From positions 78,990,001-79,054,000 of the forward strand of contig CM052817.1 in the NCBI GenBank assembly GCA_028534125.1: a stretch of 64,000 nucleotides of DNA. The letters run 5' to 3'. The stretch's first letter is position 1. Each line of letters opens with the position of its first letter. The notes below the pieces were generated by a model. The model was not told the origin of the DNA. It worked only from the letters and a program-made list of their open reading frames with translations, and made no database searches. The DNA is from Lama glama. Lineage: Eukaryota. This document shows, one piece after another, positions 24,775 through 36,975 of this stretch. The position numbers and the translations under genes were made by a program.

Positions 24775-26952
24775 GTCTCACTCTCCCCCGTCAAAACCAA
24801 CCCCTCTGTGTCTCAAACAGAGAAGACTCTCCTCTCTGACAGTGGACTAATTAACTTACATAAATCAGTTCTTGATAGCATAAATGCATGTTTAAAACAA
24901 CACTCAGGGAAAAGACTAATAGAAAAATAGCAGGAAGTATAGGTCCTAAAAATATTGTGAATAAATGGGTCTTTTGCCATCTCCCAAATCACCTATGTCT
25001 GCAGCTATCTGTTCTCTCTTCTACAAAAGCCTGTTGTACTAGAATAATAGATAGAGGTTAGGCAGAGGAAAGCAACAGAGACTCTTTTTCAGCATAACAC
25101 CTCAAGGATGTAACACCGACAGAATTTTTAAACAGTTTTTTAACATTATAATACATTATGCTAAAAACTGAGCGATCTAAGATGAACTTGGTAAGTCAAA
25201 CAAGGAAGACAAAGACTCTGAACATAATAGGAAGCCAGAGTTGTGTGAAAAGAGACAGTTTGTCTTAGCAGGAGAACAGTTTCCCTAATATAACACCCTG
25301 AAGTTGGACCAGGAAGCTGTCTCTTTCTTTATTCTCTCCTCCCACCTGCCACATCTGAAGCACCCTCATCCCAGGTGCTTCCAGGGAAAAACCCAAATGG
25401 ACTGAACAACTGACAACTCAAACCAAAGCCTTAGAGAATGAAGAAGTCAAGGAGCATGTGTGTGTGTACAGTGACAGGGGCAGGGGCAGGCACGAGGGCA
25501 GGAGCAGGAGCAGGGGTGGGGCTAATGGGTGAAAACCTTCAGGGCTGATATTGGAGGCAGAGGAGAGAGCAGCTCCTGCCAGTGGTCGGCGTGCTGGGGA
25601 TGGCTGTGCAACTGAAGGAGAAAAACCAAGAACTGTATTACATTACTCCCTGCTTCTCCCAGATGTGCCTGATTATTTAATAGTGAGATTTTTCAATAAT
25701 GGACTGTGTTTCCTGCTCTTCTAAACATTAAAGGCATAGCTAAGGGGTTAGATACATAAACATTTCCTTTGCAGATTACATAAGCTGGTCAACATTGCTT
25801 TATGGTGCCCCAAAGGGAAAAGATTATCTCACTCTTTTGCCTTTTATGAGATCAGGCTGGAAACAATTGCCTACTTAATTTCTATTTTTTATCTTTTCTA
25901 CTATTTTTGAGATCAATAAAATAAAATGATGATGGTTCACAACTTTCCTACCATTTGTATTGCATCATCTCTTAGGAATGCCCTCCTTCTAAATAAGTGA
26001 ACCTTCACCTTTATATCTATTCATTAGATTCATGTTTGTTCATTTAATCATTTATTTAACAGATAATAACTGAGCATCTGCTGTGTATCATGTTCAATGC
26101 TAGAGGCATGTCCTAAGACCCTACTCCTTCAATGCTTGGGAAACTGACACAGCTTTATATTTATTAAAATAAACTAAAAAATAAACATAAGTTTAGTTCT
26201 GTGTGGCATTATTGGTTTTTTACAGAGACATTATTATAGTCTAAAGTTCATAAATCAAAGTTAATCCTGTAATTTTGTAATGTTTATTCTACGTTTCATC
26301 TTTTCCCACTCTCAGCTCTCTACTTTTTAAAATAAAGTCTCTATTATTGTTAAAGACAAAAGTCCTGCTGATAGTTCTTATACCACAAAGTAAAAGTTAT
26401 TTCACCAGGACCTTTTATTCTAGAAGCTCTTACACATTCATATGTGATAAGATTGCTCCAGGGCTTCTCAGCTGCCTTATGAAAGCAATTTGGTACCAAG
26501 TGCTGAACTCTTATTTTGAATTCTGAACGTTGAACCAAGTGTAGCCTGAGATGGTTACTTATGAAAACAAGGAAATAAAGAGCAATATTTCTAGGTAACT
26601 AGATAGAATTTCTTGGTTGAAAAAAGCAGAAAGCAACTCTGCTCACATTAAGTAATAAGCGGATTTATTATAAGTATACCAATATACTGATAGGATTGAG
26701 GCAAAAGGTTTTGAACCAGTCTCAGTTTAAAAAAAAAAAAAGAAAGGAACTAGGCAGCTCAAGAGAGTCACAGTTGCAGGAAAAAGCTGACAGTAACCTG
26801 CTAGGATAAATAACACCCGGCTATCCTTAGATCTTTTCTTCCTCTGCTCATAATTCATGTTTCAGGTAGGGGACGGGTAATGGAGCATCCAGCTGCTCCA
26901 GCTGAGTGCTCTGAGCATCATTCACCAGGCTAATGCCAAGCGAGCACAGGCA

Positions 26953-27322
26953 GTGTGCTCATTTCCAGCAGGTGTTGGAAACAAACAGGGTGGCTTAAAG
27001 GAACATAAATCTATTCTCTCATAGTTCTGGAGGCCAGAGTGCAACATCGGTTTTCACTGGGCTGAAATCAAGTTCTAGGGAGAGTCACACTACCTCGGGA
27101 GGCTCTAGGAGAGAAGGATTGGTTCCTGCCTGTCCCAGCCTCTGGTGGCTGCTGGAATTCTATGGTTTATAATCACAACACTACAATCTCTGCCTCTATG
27201 ATCACAATAACCTTCTCTCATAAGATCTCTCTCTGCCTCCTCTTATAAGGATGCATGTGATTTTACTTAGGATAATCCAGAATATTCTGCCATATCAAGA
27301 TCCTTAATTTAGTCCCATCTGC

Positions 27323-27353
<31 letters not shown>

Positions 27354-27429
27354 GCCATAAGGTAACATTCAGAGGATCCAGGGATTAGGACTTGGACATC
27401 TCCTGGGGGCTATGTGTTAGCCTACCACA
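26953..27429 (-). mobile_element. MLT1 (MLT1D-like) MaLR solo LTR with internal T-run
   Basis: ggtggcttaaa...tctcatagttctggaggccaga...ggaggctctagg...tcttataagga...aaggtaacattc...ggacttggacatct...cctaccaca. Confidence 0.85.
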
Positions 27430-27469
27430 GTTAGGAAAAGAGTCAAGGTGCTGGCATCAAACGAATAAA

Positions 27470-28035
27470 TAGCCCAAAGTTAGAAGCAGCTAAGATGTCC
27501 TTCAGTAGGTTACATAAATAAGGTGCAGTAATTTTACAATGGAATATTATCCATGGTAAAAAAAATATATATTATCCACACACACATACAAAAAAAATGG
27601 AGGAACAACCATATCACAACCTGGAAAAGGCAAAACTATAGAGAGAATAAAAAGATCAGAGATTGCCAGGGACACAGCAGGAGGAGAGTGGTAGTTGGAG
27701 TGATGAATTAGGTGAAGCACAGATTTTTAGGGCAGTAAAACTAATCTATATGACACAATAATGCTCAATACATAGCATTACACATTTAACAAAACTCATG
27801 AACTGTATAACACAAAGAGTGAACACTACTGTAAACTCTGGGGTTCAGTCAATAATAATATATTAATTTTGGTTCATCAGTTGTAACAAATGCATCACAA
27901 CAATGCAAGATGTTATTAATAGGGGAAACCGTGGTGCAGGGGGATGGACGGAAATAAATGGGAACTCTGTACTTTCTGTTCAATTTTCTGTAAACCTAAA
28001 ACTACTCTAAGAAATAAAGTCTATTAATTTCTTCA
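27470..28035 (+). mobile_element. Old L1 (L1MB/MC-like) 3'UTR
   Basis: ctggaaaaggcaaaactatagag; acaaagagtgaac; ggaactctgtactttctgttcaattttctgtaaacctaaaact. Confidence 0.8.
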
Positions 28036-28720
28036 ATAGTAATGCATATGCTCAGCAGCAATAACAGTAAGAGTAAACACAAGTCTCAACATCATTCAAA
28101 TCATTATGGCAGCTAATCCAGGTCTCTCCCTGATTCTGATGGGACACTGGACAAATCAGTGAATCTGTCACTGGACATAACATCATGAGAACAAAGATAA
28201 GAATAACCACAGACTATAAACATCAAAGTGTAATCTCTATAAAACAAAATTTAAATAGTAAATAAGTTGCTTTATCTGAACCTCACTTTCATCCCCAAAT
28301 TCACAATGTGCACAGGTAATAAAACTAATGTAAATATCACATTGTTTTCCTTTCCCCAGCCCACCTCCTGGAGAAGTGTTAAAAGTGAGAAGAGAATTAA
28401 AGACTTGACATTCAAGACCTGAAACCATAAAACGCCTAGACAAAACATAGGTGGTAAGATCCTTTGCATAGGTCTTGACAATGATTTGTTGGATTTGACA
28501 CTGAAAGCAAAGGCAACAAAAGCAAAAATAAGTAAGTGAGACGATATCAACCTAAAAAGTTTCCACACAGCAAAGGAAACAGTCAACAAAATAAAAAGGC
28601 AACCTGCTGAATAGGAGAAAATATTTGCAAATTATACATCTGAGAAGATGTTAATATCCCAAATATATAGAGAATGTATACAACTCAAAAGAAAAAATCA
28701 GATTAATAAATGGGCAGAAG

Positions 28721-31180
28721 GAGGAGGTGTGTCCAAGATAGCAAAGTAGGAAGACCCGACCTCACTCCCCCAGTGGGCACACCAAAATTATAGTCATTTA
28801 CAGACCAATATCAATGAAAAAGATCTGAAGCCTAGCAGAAGAGATTTTCCACAACTAAAGATATAAATAAAAACCACAATGAAATTAAAGACAATTTGGC
28901 AAGCCTACAGCTAACATCATACTCAACAGTGAAAAGCTGAAAATATTTCCTCTAATAACAGGAATACAAGAATGCCCACTCTCCCCACTTATATTTAACA
29001 TAGTATTGTAAGTCCAAGCCACAGTAATCAGACAAGATTGGAATGGCATCCAGATTGGAAAGGAAGAAATAAAACTGTCACTCTTTGCAGACGACATAAC
29101 ACTACCTATAGAAAATCTTTAAGATGCCACACATACACAAAAAAAACTTTAGAATAAATGAATTCAGTAAGGTTGCAGGATATAAAATTAGTATACAAAA
29201 ATCTGTTGCATTTCTATACACTAACAAGAAAATATCAGAAATAGAAATTAAGAAAACAATTCCACTTACAAGTCAATCAAAAATAAAATACCTAGGAATG
29301 AATCTAATCAAGGAGTTAAAAACCAATACTTTGAAAACCGTAAGACACTGATGAAAGAAACTGAAGATGACACAAGCAAATGGAAAGATACACCATGTTC
29401 TTGGATTAGAAGAATTAATATTGTTAAAATGATCATACTACCCAAGGCAATCTACATATTCAATGCGATCTCTAGTAAAATACCAATGTGATTTTTCACA
29501 GAACTAGAGCAAATAACTCTAAAATTTGTATGGAAACACAAAAGACCCCAAATAGCCAAAACAAACTTGAGAGAGAAGAACAAAGATGGAGGTATCACAC
29601 GCCCTGGCTTACAACTATACTAGAAAGCTACAGTAAACAGTATGTGCTGACACACAAAAAAAGAAATGTAAGATCAATGGAACAGAACAAGAGTCCAGAA
29701 TAAATCCACACTTACATGTTCAACTCATCTATGATGAAGGAGGCAAGAATGTACAATGGGAAAGATAGCCTCTTCAATAAATGGATTTGGGAAAACTGGA
29801 CAGCTACATGCAAAAGAATCAAACTGGACTACTTACTCAACCCATATACAAAAATAAACTCAAAATGGATTAAAGACTTAAATGTAATACTTCAAACCAT
29901 AAAAACTCCTAGAAGAGAACATAGGTAGTATGCTCTTTGACATTGGTCTTATCAATATTTTTTGGATACGTCTCCTCAGGCAAGGGAAACAAAGGCAAAA
30001 ATAAATAAATGGGGCCACATCAAAGTAGAAGTCTTTTTCAAGGTGAAGAAGCTATCAACAATAACTAAAGGAAGCTACAAACAAAGCTGTCAACAAAGCT
30101 CATTCAGACTGCTGAATGGGAGAAGACACTTGCAAACAACATATCTGAGAAGCGGTTAATATGTAAAATATACGATGAACACATACATCTCAACATCAAA
30201 AAAACAAAGAGCTTGGATGAAAAATAGGCAGAGGATCTGAATAGGTATTTGTTCAAGTAAGACATAGATGGTCAACCGACACATGAAAAGATGCTCAACA
30301 TCACTAATCACAAGGGAAATGCAAGTCAAAACCACAGGGACCTATCACCTCACACCTGTCAGAATGACTATCATTACAAAGACAGTATTAACAAGTGCTG
30401 GCTAGCATGTGGGAAAAAGGGAATCCTCCAGCACTCTTTGTCGGATTACAAATTGGTGCAGTCACTATGGAAAACAGCACAAAGTTTAATCAAAAAAATA
30501 AAAATAGAATTACCATATGATCCAGCAATTTCACTTCTGCATATTTACCTGAAGAAAACAAAAACACTAATTCAAAAGCACATATTCATGTTAATGTTCA
30601 TTACAATATTATTTACAAAAGTCAAGACATGGAAGTAACCTAAGTGTCCATCAATATATGAATGGATAAAAAAGATGTGGTGTAGATAGATAAAAAGACA
30701 AAGAGATAGAATTATGGATATACATACACAATGGAATATTACTCAGCCATAAAAAGAAAGAAATCTTGCCATTTGCAACAACATGAATGGATCTAGAGGG
30801 TATTATGTGTCAAGTGAAATAACTCAGAAAGACAAGTATCACATGATCTCAAATATATATAGATTCTAAAACACGAAACAAACAAAACAAAATGAAAAAA
30901 CTCACAGATACAGAGAACTAGTGGTTACCAGAAGGGAGGGGATTAGGGTGTGGGGAAAACAGGTGTAGGGGATTAAGATCTACAAACCTCTTGTTACATA
31001 AGTCACAGGGATGTAAAACACAGCATAGGGAAAATGCTGTAACTTTATAATAACTTTGCATGGGAATAGATGGTTACTAGAATTAAAATGGTAATCATTT
31101 GATAACATATGCAAATATTTAACCACTGTAATATACCTGAAACTAAAACAAAGTTGTACATCAACTATATTTCAATTTTA
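28721..31180 (+). mobile_element. Nested L1 with about 165 bp of 5'UTR joined to mid-ORF2 and a complete 3' end
   Basis: Starts gaggaggtgtgtccaagatagc...ggaagacc, homologous to the 5' end at 45890. At about 28885 it jumps to caagcctacagctaacatcatactcaac. A degenerate TSD is present. Confidence 0.85.
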
Positions 31181-31642
31181 AAAAATAAGCAGAGGATCTG
31201 AATACACATTTTTTCCAAAGAAGATACACAGGTGGCCAAAAGGTATATGAAAAGATGCTCAACATCACTAATCAGCAGGGAAATGCAAATAAAAACCACA
31301 ATGAGATATCACCTCACTCCTGTTAGAGTAACTGTCATCAAAAAGACAAGAAATAACAGTATCGGAGAGGATATGGTGAAAAGGGAACTCCCGTACACTG
31401 TTGGTAGGAATGGAAAATTGTGCAGCTAACATGGAAAACAGTTTGGAGGTTCCTCAAAAACTTAAAAATAGGACTACCATATGATCCAACAATTCTATTT
31501 TGAATTCATTATTTGAAGAAAATGAAAACACTAATTCAGGAAGATGTATGCACCCCCATGTTCATTGCAGCGTTATTTATAATAGCCAAGATATGGAAAC
31601 AGCCAAAATCTATCTATGGATGAATGGATAAAGAAAATGTAG

Positions 31643-31691
31643 TGTGTGTGTGTGTCTGTGTGTGTGTGTTTGTGTGTGAATGTGTGTGTGT
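31643..31691. repeat. Imperfect (TG)n microsatellite within L1
   Basis: Read directly. Confidence 0.9.
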
Positions 31692-34307
31692 AAATGTTAT
31701 TCAGCCATAAAAAATGAAATCTTGTCATTTGTGACAACATGGTTAGAACTTGAGCGCATTATGCTAAGCGAAATAAGTCAGACAGAAAAAGATAAATACC
31801 GTAAGATCTCACACATGAAATGTAAAACAAAAATAAATAAAACAAATAAATCCAAGCTCATGGATACAGAGAATAAATTTTGGTTGCTCGAGGCTGGGGT
31901 GGGGAGTGGTAGGCGAAATGGGTGAAGGGGAACAAAATGTATAAATTTCCAGTTATAAACTGAATAAGTCATAGGGATGTAATGTATACTTAGTGACTAT
32001 AGTTAATCATACTATGTTGCATATTTGAAAGTAGCTAAGAATAGATCTCGAAAGTTCTCATCACAAGAAAAAAACTGTTTTGTAACTGTGTATGGTGATG
32101 GTTGTTAACCAGGCTTATTGTGGTAATCATTTCACAATATATACAAATATTGAGTTGCTATGTTGTGCACCTGAAACGAATATAATGTTATGTCAATTAT
32201 CTCTCAATTTTTTTAAAAAAAAAAAGTGAGAAGGACCAAAAGACAGACAAAAATAATGGATGAAAAAAAATGGGCTTGAGAAATTCACAAATCATACCCA
32301 CAATTCCCCCGATTAGTTGTTCTTTAAAAATCCACCTTGCCCCAATCCAGTATCAGGAAATTGAAGGGAAAACAAAAATCATCCTTTCAATTTGCACATG
32401 AATCTCTAACCTGGGGCTGTGTAAGTAGGCGTGCAGCAAGGCACAATATAATTAGCTCACTCCCACTGCAAGGCCAGTCTGACAGCACCTCCTTCAGAAG
32501 CCAGAGAAGATGGAGAGAAAAAGAGTTACTGAAAAAACACCAGAAAATAAATCTTGAAACTAGGATGACTCTGTCCAATAGTCATTTCTAATGACTATTT
32601 TGCCCTGGCATATTTGTGCTGCTAAAATTTTCAGACACTTATTCTAAGCTTGCAACAACATGCTCACTTCTTTTCAAACGAAACTACAGTTTGGAACACT
32701 GTTGTATCAGTCACTCCGGGGGCCTCTGAATTATACTATACCAATCAGAAAACAACATTACTCATTATAGAGTATTTTCAAAGGGATACCAGTTTCCCAG
32801 AACCCATCCCAAAAGAAAACTCATTTTCAGCCTGCCCTATACAAAGGATGTTATGTACAAGTGAGATCTAGCACATTTTCTACACGATCGAGGCTAGTTG
32901 GGAATCTGAGTGGTTACACTCTGCTATTTCATTAAAATTCTGCCACTTTGAAGGAAGTAGCACTTTCTCAAGGGAAGGAAAACAAGTGCAGAGTTCCTAC
33001 TGCAGATTGTCCTGACATTCTATCTCCTGTGCCTGCAGTATGTTATGAGCAATATATTTGCAGAATCACATCCAAGAAATACTGTTTTCAGTTCCCTCCT
33101 TTAATCGTCTGGAGTTAGGATGTGCATCTCTTGAAACCCGCCCCTGCCCCATGATCTGCCTCACTCACAGACAGATGTAAAAACCACTAATCCCTAATTC
33201 CATCACTTGGTCCAGATACTCAAAAACAAGCCTCTCAATACAGACCTAATCAACTTCTTAGTTATTTCACCTTTCACATCATGCAATTTGTAAATATCTA
33301 TTTTTAAAATTTCTCATCATCATTATCATCATTATTCCAACACTCCTAAGAGTATCCGAAATACCAGATTATATATTTCAAATGCTGTGTGTCACTTGTT
33401 TATAAGCACAGAGATTTTCTGGGCCATCACAGACACGGAGAGCCCAGTCACCTCAAGCATAAGCAACGTGAGCAGGTGCTGCTTTGCGATTCTACGCACA
33501 GCTGTGGTGCTGCCAGATAGGCTGAATAGTAGTGAATAGTAGTGAACTAGAAGGGAGATATATGGTCCAGTTTCTCTTCCCTCTGGATTCATAATGATGC
33601 TTCATCAGCATGATTAGGGGAACAATGAACTTCATTCTGTGGACCCTGCTGCCTGCATTGGGGGCATCTAGTTTTTGCTCCAGGTCTTCTATTACTACAG
33701 TTTTAGTCTTTGCTTATATCCCATATGCAAAGTATTTGGATAACCAGCACTGAACCAGTTGATTTTCCGTGGAAGACTCTGCATCCATTCATTCCACTTT
33801 CAGAACCATTTATTACCTATGACATGCCTGTTCTAGGCAATCAAGAAAGACCCGTAAACAAAACAGACAGGCATATCTGTCATCTGATAGGTTCTGAAAA
33901 ATAGAAGCTTCCCACGTTATTGCTGCTTTCAGAATCTTCCTTAAACTTGTCCTATACCTGCACTCTCTCCCAGATAAATTACCGACTAATAATCCTTGTC
34001 ACTGTGGAAAGGTGACGGGCTTTAAACTCTTTTTAGGAGGGGTTTAGAGGTTTATGATCTGTGCTGAAAACAGCTGCCCTCGTTCAGCAAGCCATACAAG
34101 CCAGAACACTTTGTATTCATGCCACCATGTGCTTCTTTCCTCCCCCATGCCCATCCGTCCCAGGAGGTGTTTCTGCTTAACCACTGTAAGCCAACCACTG
34201 CTATGTGGGCTTTCAAGGTGCTAGAGATTCCTCATCTAGATGATCAAATCTCACTACATGGATAGGCAGTCAGTCTTTCCCTAACTTACAGAATGGAAGT
34301 AATCCCC

Positions 34308-34807
34308 NNNNNNNNNNNNNNNNNNNNNNNNNNNNNNNNNNNNNNNNNNNNNNNNNNNNNNNNNNNNNNNNNNNNNNNNNNNNNNNNNNNNNNNNNNNNN
34401 NNNNNNNNNNNNNNNNNNNNNNNNNNNNNNNNNNNNNNNNNNNNNNNNNNNNNNNNNNNNNNNNNNNNNNNNNNNNNNNNNNNNNNNNNNNNNNNNNNNN
34501 NNNNNNNNNNNNNNNNNNNNNNNNNNNNNNNNNNNNNNNNNNNNNNNNNNNNNNNNNNNNNNNNNNNNNNNNNNNNNNNNNNNNNNNNNNNNNNNNNNNN
34601 NNNNNNNNNNNNNNNNNNNNNNNNNNNNNNNNNNNNNNNNNNNNNNNNNNNNNNNNNNNNNNNNNNNNNNNNNNNNNNNNNNNNNNNNNNNNNNNNNNNN
34701 NNNNNNNNNNNNNNNNNNNNNNNNNNNNNNNNNNNNNNNNNNNNNNNNNNNNNNNNNNNNNNNNNNNNNNNNNNNNNNNNNNNNNNNNNNNNNNNNNNNN
34801 NNNNNNN
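34308..34807. other. Assembly gap (500 N) flanked by an identical 199-bp duplicate
   Basis: 34109-34307 equals 34808-35006. Confidence 0.97.
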
Positions 34808-35309
34808 CTTTGTATTCATGCCACCATGTGCTTCTTTCCTCCCCCATGCCCATCCGTCCCAGGAGGTGTTTCTGCTTAACCACTGTAAGCCAACCACTGC
34901 TATGTGGGCTTTCAAGGTGCTAGAGATTCCTCATCTAGATGATCAAATCTCACTACATGGATAGGCAGTCAGTCTTTCCCTAACTTACAGAATGGAAGTA
35001 ATCCCCGTGATGGGTCATTGCTCCATCTCCATAAACTTACAGTTGACAATGCTTAAATTAGGATATCGATTTGGGGGTGGGGGAAGGGAGAGTGTCACAA
35101 CATATCTAATCTTTACTGTTTTGCCACCAAGGATATTACCAGGTAATAGACACACACAATTCCTCGCATCTGTTATTATAACATAGAATACTGTAATTCA
35201 CACTTTCACATAAAAGCCAGCACAACCTTAAAGCTGGACTAGGTTAAAATCAAACTACCAATATTTTGGTACTCTTTTTTTTTTCTGGTACCCTTTTTAA
35301 TTGACAAAA

Positions 35310-35930
35310 AAAAATGAAAACATCCCAACTATCCATCTACAGTGAAATGCATGAATAAATTGTGGATTTTTACAATGGAAAACTACACAGTAATAAGAAT
35401 GAGCAAACTACAAGTATACTCCACCATATTGATGAATTTCACAAACAAAATGTTGAGCAATAGAAATCAGACCCAAAAGAGTATATACTGTAATGATTCC
35501 ATTTATAAGAAGTTCAAACACGTATAGACAGAACTAATCTATAGTATTAGAAGTTAAAATAGTGGTCGGTAGGGGGAGAGTACAGCTCAGTGGTAGAGCA
35601 TGTGCTTAGCATGCACGAGGTCCTGGGTTCAATCCCCAGTAACTCCACTAAAAAAAGAAAGAAAGAACCCTAATTATACCCCCCCAAGAAAAAACAAAAC
35701 AAAAATAAAGAAGTTAAAATAGTGGCTACCCACGCTGGAGGTTACTGGGGCAGTGACTGGAAGGAAGGGTATGAGGGAAGCTTCAGAGGTGCTGATTATG
35801 TTCTGTTTCCTACTCTGACAGCTGGTTGCACAGATGTGTTCTTTTCCTGAAAACTTATTGATGTGTACACTTAAGATACCTGTATTTCCAGTATGTATTT
35901 TACATTTCAGTAAAATTTATAAAAATAAAA
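35310..35930 (+). mobile_element. Old L1 (L1ME/MC-like) 3'UTR hosting a SINE
   Basis: gatgaatttcacaaacaaaatgttgagc; tgattccatttataagaagttcaaa; terminal cagtaaaatttataaaaataaaa. Confidence 0.8.
35572..35708 (+). mobile_element. Full-length Vic-1-like tRNA-derived SINE
   Basis: GGGGGAGAGTACAGCTCAGTGGTAGAGC (A box)...GGTTCAATCCC (B box), with a CCTAATTA tail. Perfect 17-bp TSD AGAAGTTAAAATAGTGG at 35549-35565 and 35709-35725. Confidence 0.95.
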
Positions 35931-36499
35931 ACTATCATTAAATAACCTAAACAAATTTAACCTAATATGATATAATGATCACTTATTGATGAAAAACAAT
36001 AGATGCTAGTTTAAAGATTTTTCATACTACTACCCAGATAACTTAGGACATTTGCAGCTGTGAAATTAAATCTTCACTAATAACTGAAAATCAGTGACTG
36101 TGAAATAATTCATCTACCAAAAGCCTGTATAATAGTCAAGAAAACAGAAAAATTGGATGGTATGAAAATTCATGTAAAAGTAGAGGCAATTTTCACTGCA
36201 TCTTTATATTTGATAACTAATTCAAAAATTCATAGATTAAAAATTTAAGTAGCTCTGTGTGTTATGACACTGACAATCAGATTTCTATCATACATTACCC
36301 ATTAAGTCAAACATAAAATAAATTTGAAGAGTGACGTTTTTGGTATGCAATATTATAAAAGAGAATTTCATCAACTTCTACAGCTAACATTTTTAAAAAA
36401 GGCTTTCAGAACATTGTTATTTATAAAGATAAGAGACTAAAGTAACAGAAGGAGAGAGAAACAGATGATAACTAGAGCAGGTGCCAAGATTCCAGCACT

Positions 36500-36975
36500 G
36501 GGAGAGCTTGTGGTCTCCAACCTCATCTCTTGCCACGTGGCTCCTTCCATCAAAGATAATATTCCCAGTCTAGCCGGGCACTTTCATCTCCTTGAACTCA
36601 TTACGCTGTTTAATGTCAAGTGCCCCTTCTACACTGCATGCATCCCCATTCCCAGGTACCTGACAAACATTGAATTTAATTTCAAGATCCTACTCAGCTT
36701 TCAGTTTTGTTTTTTTTTAACCCCCACATTTCTCCTCTTACTCTGTTAGAAGGTACAACTTTCCCTTCCAGCTCACACTCTGCCCTACTGCACATTATTG
36801 CCACATCCCCTTAAGTACATTTAGAGGGCTATTTTTATACTTTAACCCCGGCCAGTAAAGTAGTAGACAGCAGGCATCTCTGATTCGCTTTTGCATCCAT
36901 GCCGCTTAGCACAGTGACCGTGTCACTCAGTGCACCCCAGACATGGACTGTGTTCAGCAAATATTTCTTGAATTT
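36500..36975 (+). mobile_element. L2 LINE remnant
   Basis: ctccaacctcatctcttgccac; gcttagcacagtg...gtgttcagcaaatatttcttgaat terminus. Confidence 0.55.

Larger units (their letters stand above)
28390..32225 (+). mobile_element. 5'-truncated L1 interrupted by a nested L1 (28721-31180)
   Basis: aaatgggcagaag (to 28720) resumes as aaataagcagaggatctgaatacac (from about 31183) and runs to a 3'UTR and A-tail. ORF 31232-31429 is ORF2 C-terminal. Confidence 0.9.

Noticed and set aside
25474..25530. G-rich (GGGGCA/GGAGCA)n tract as a G-quadruplex element
   Set aside because: It is a short, imperfect low-complexity tract with no functional evidence in the sequence.
34281..34964. ORFs of 200-223 aa
   Set aside because: They are artefacts of translating through the N gap.
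35572..35650. tRNA gene (also 3702, 54637, 57010)
   Set aside because: The tRNA-like heads are followed by A-rich tails and flanked by direct repeats, so these are SINE copies.
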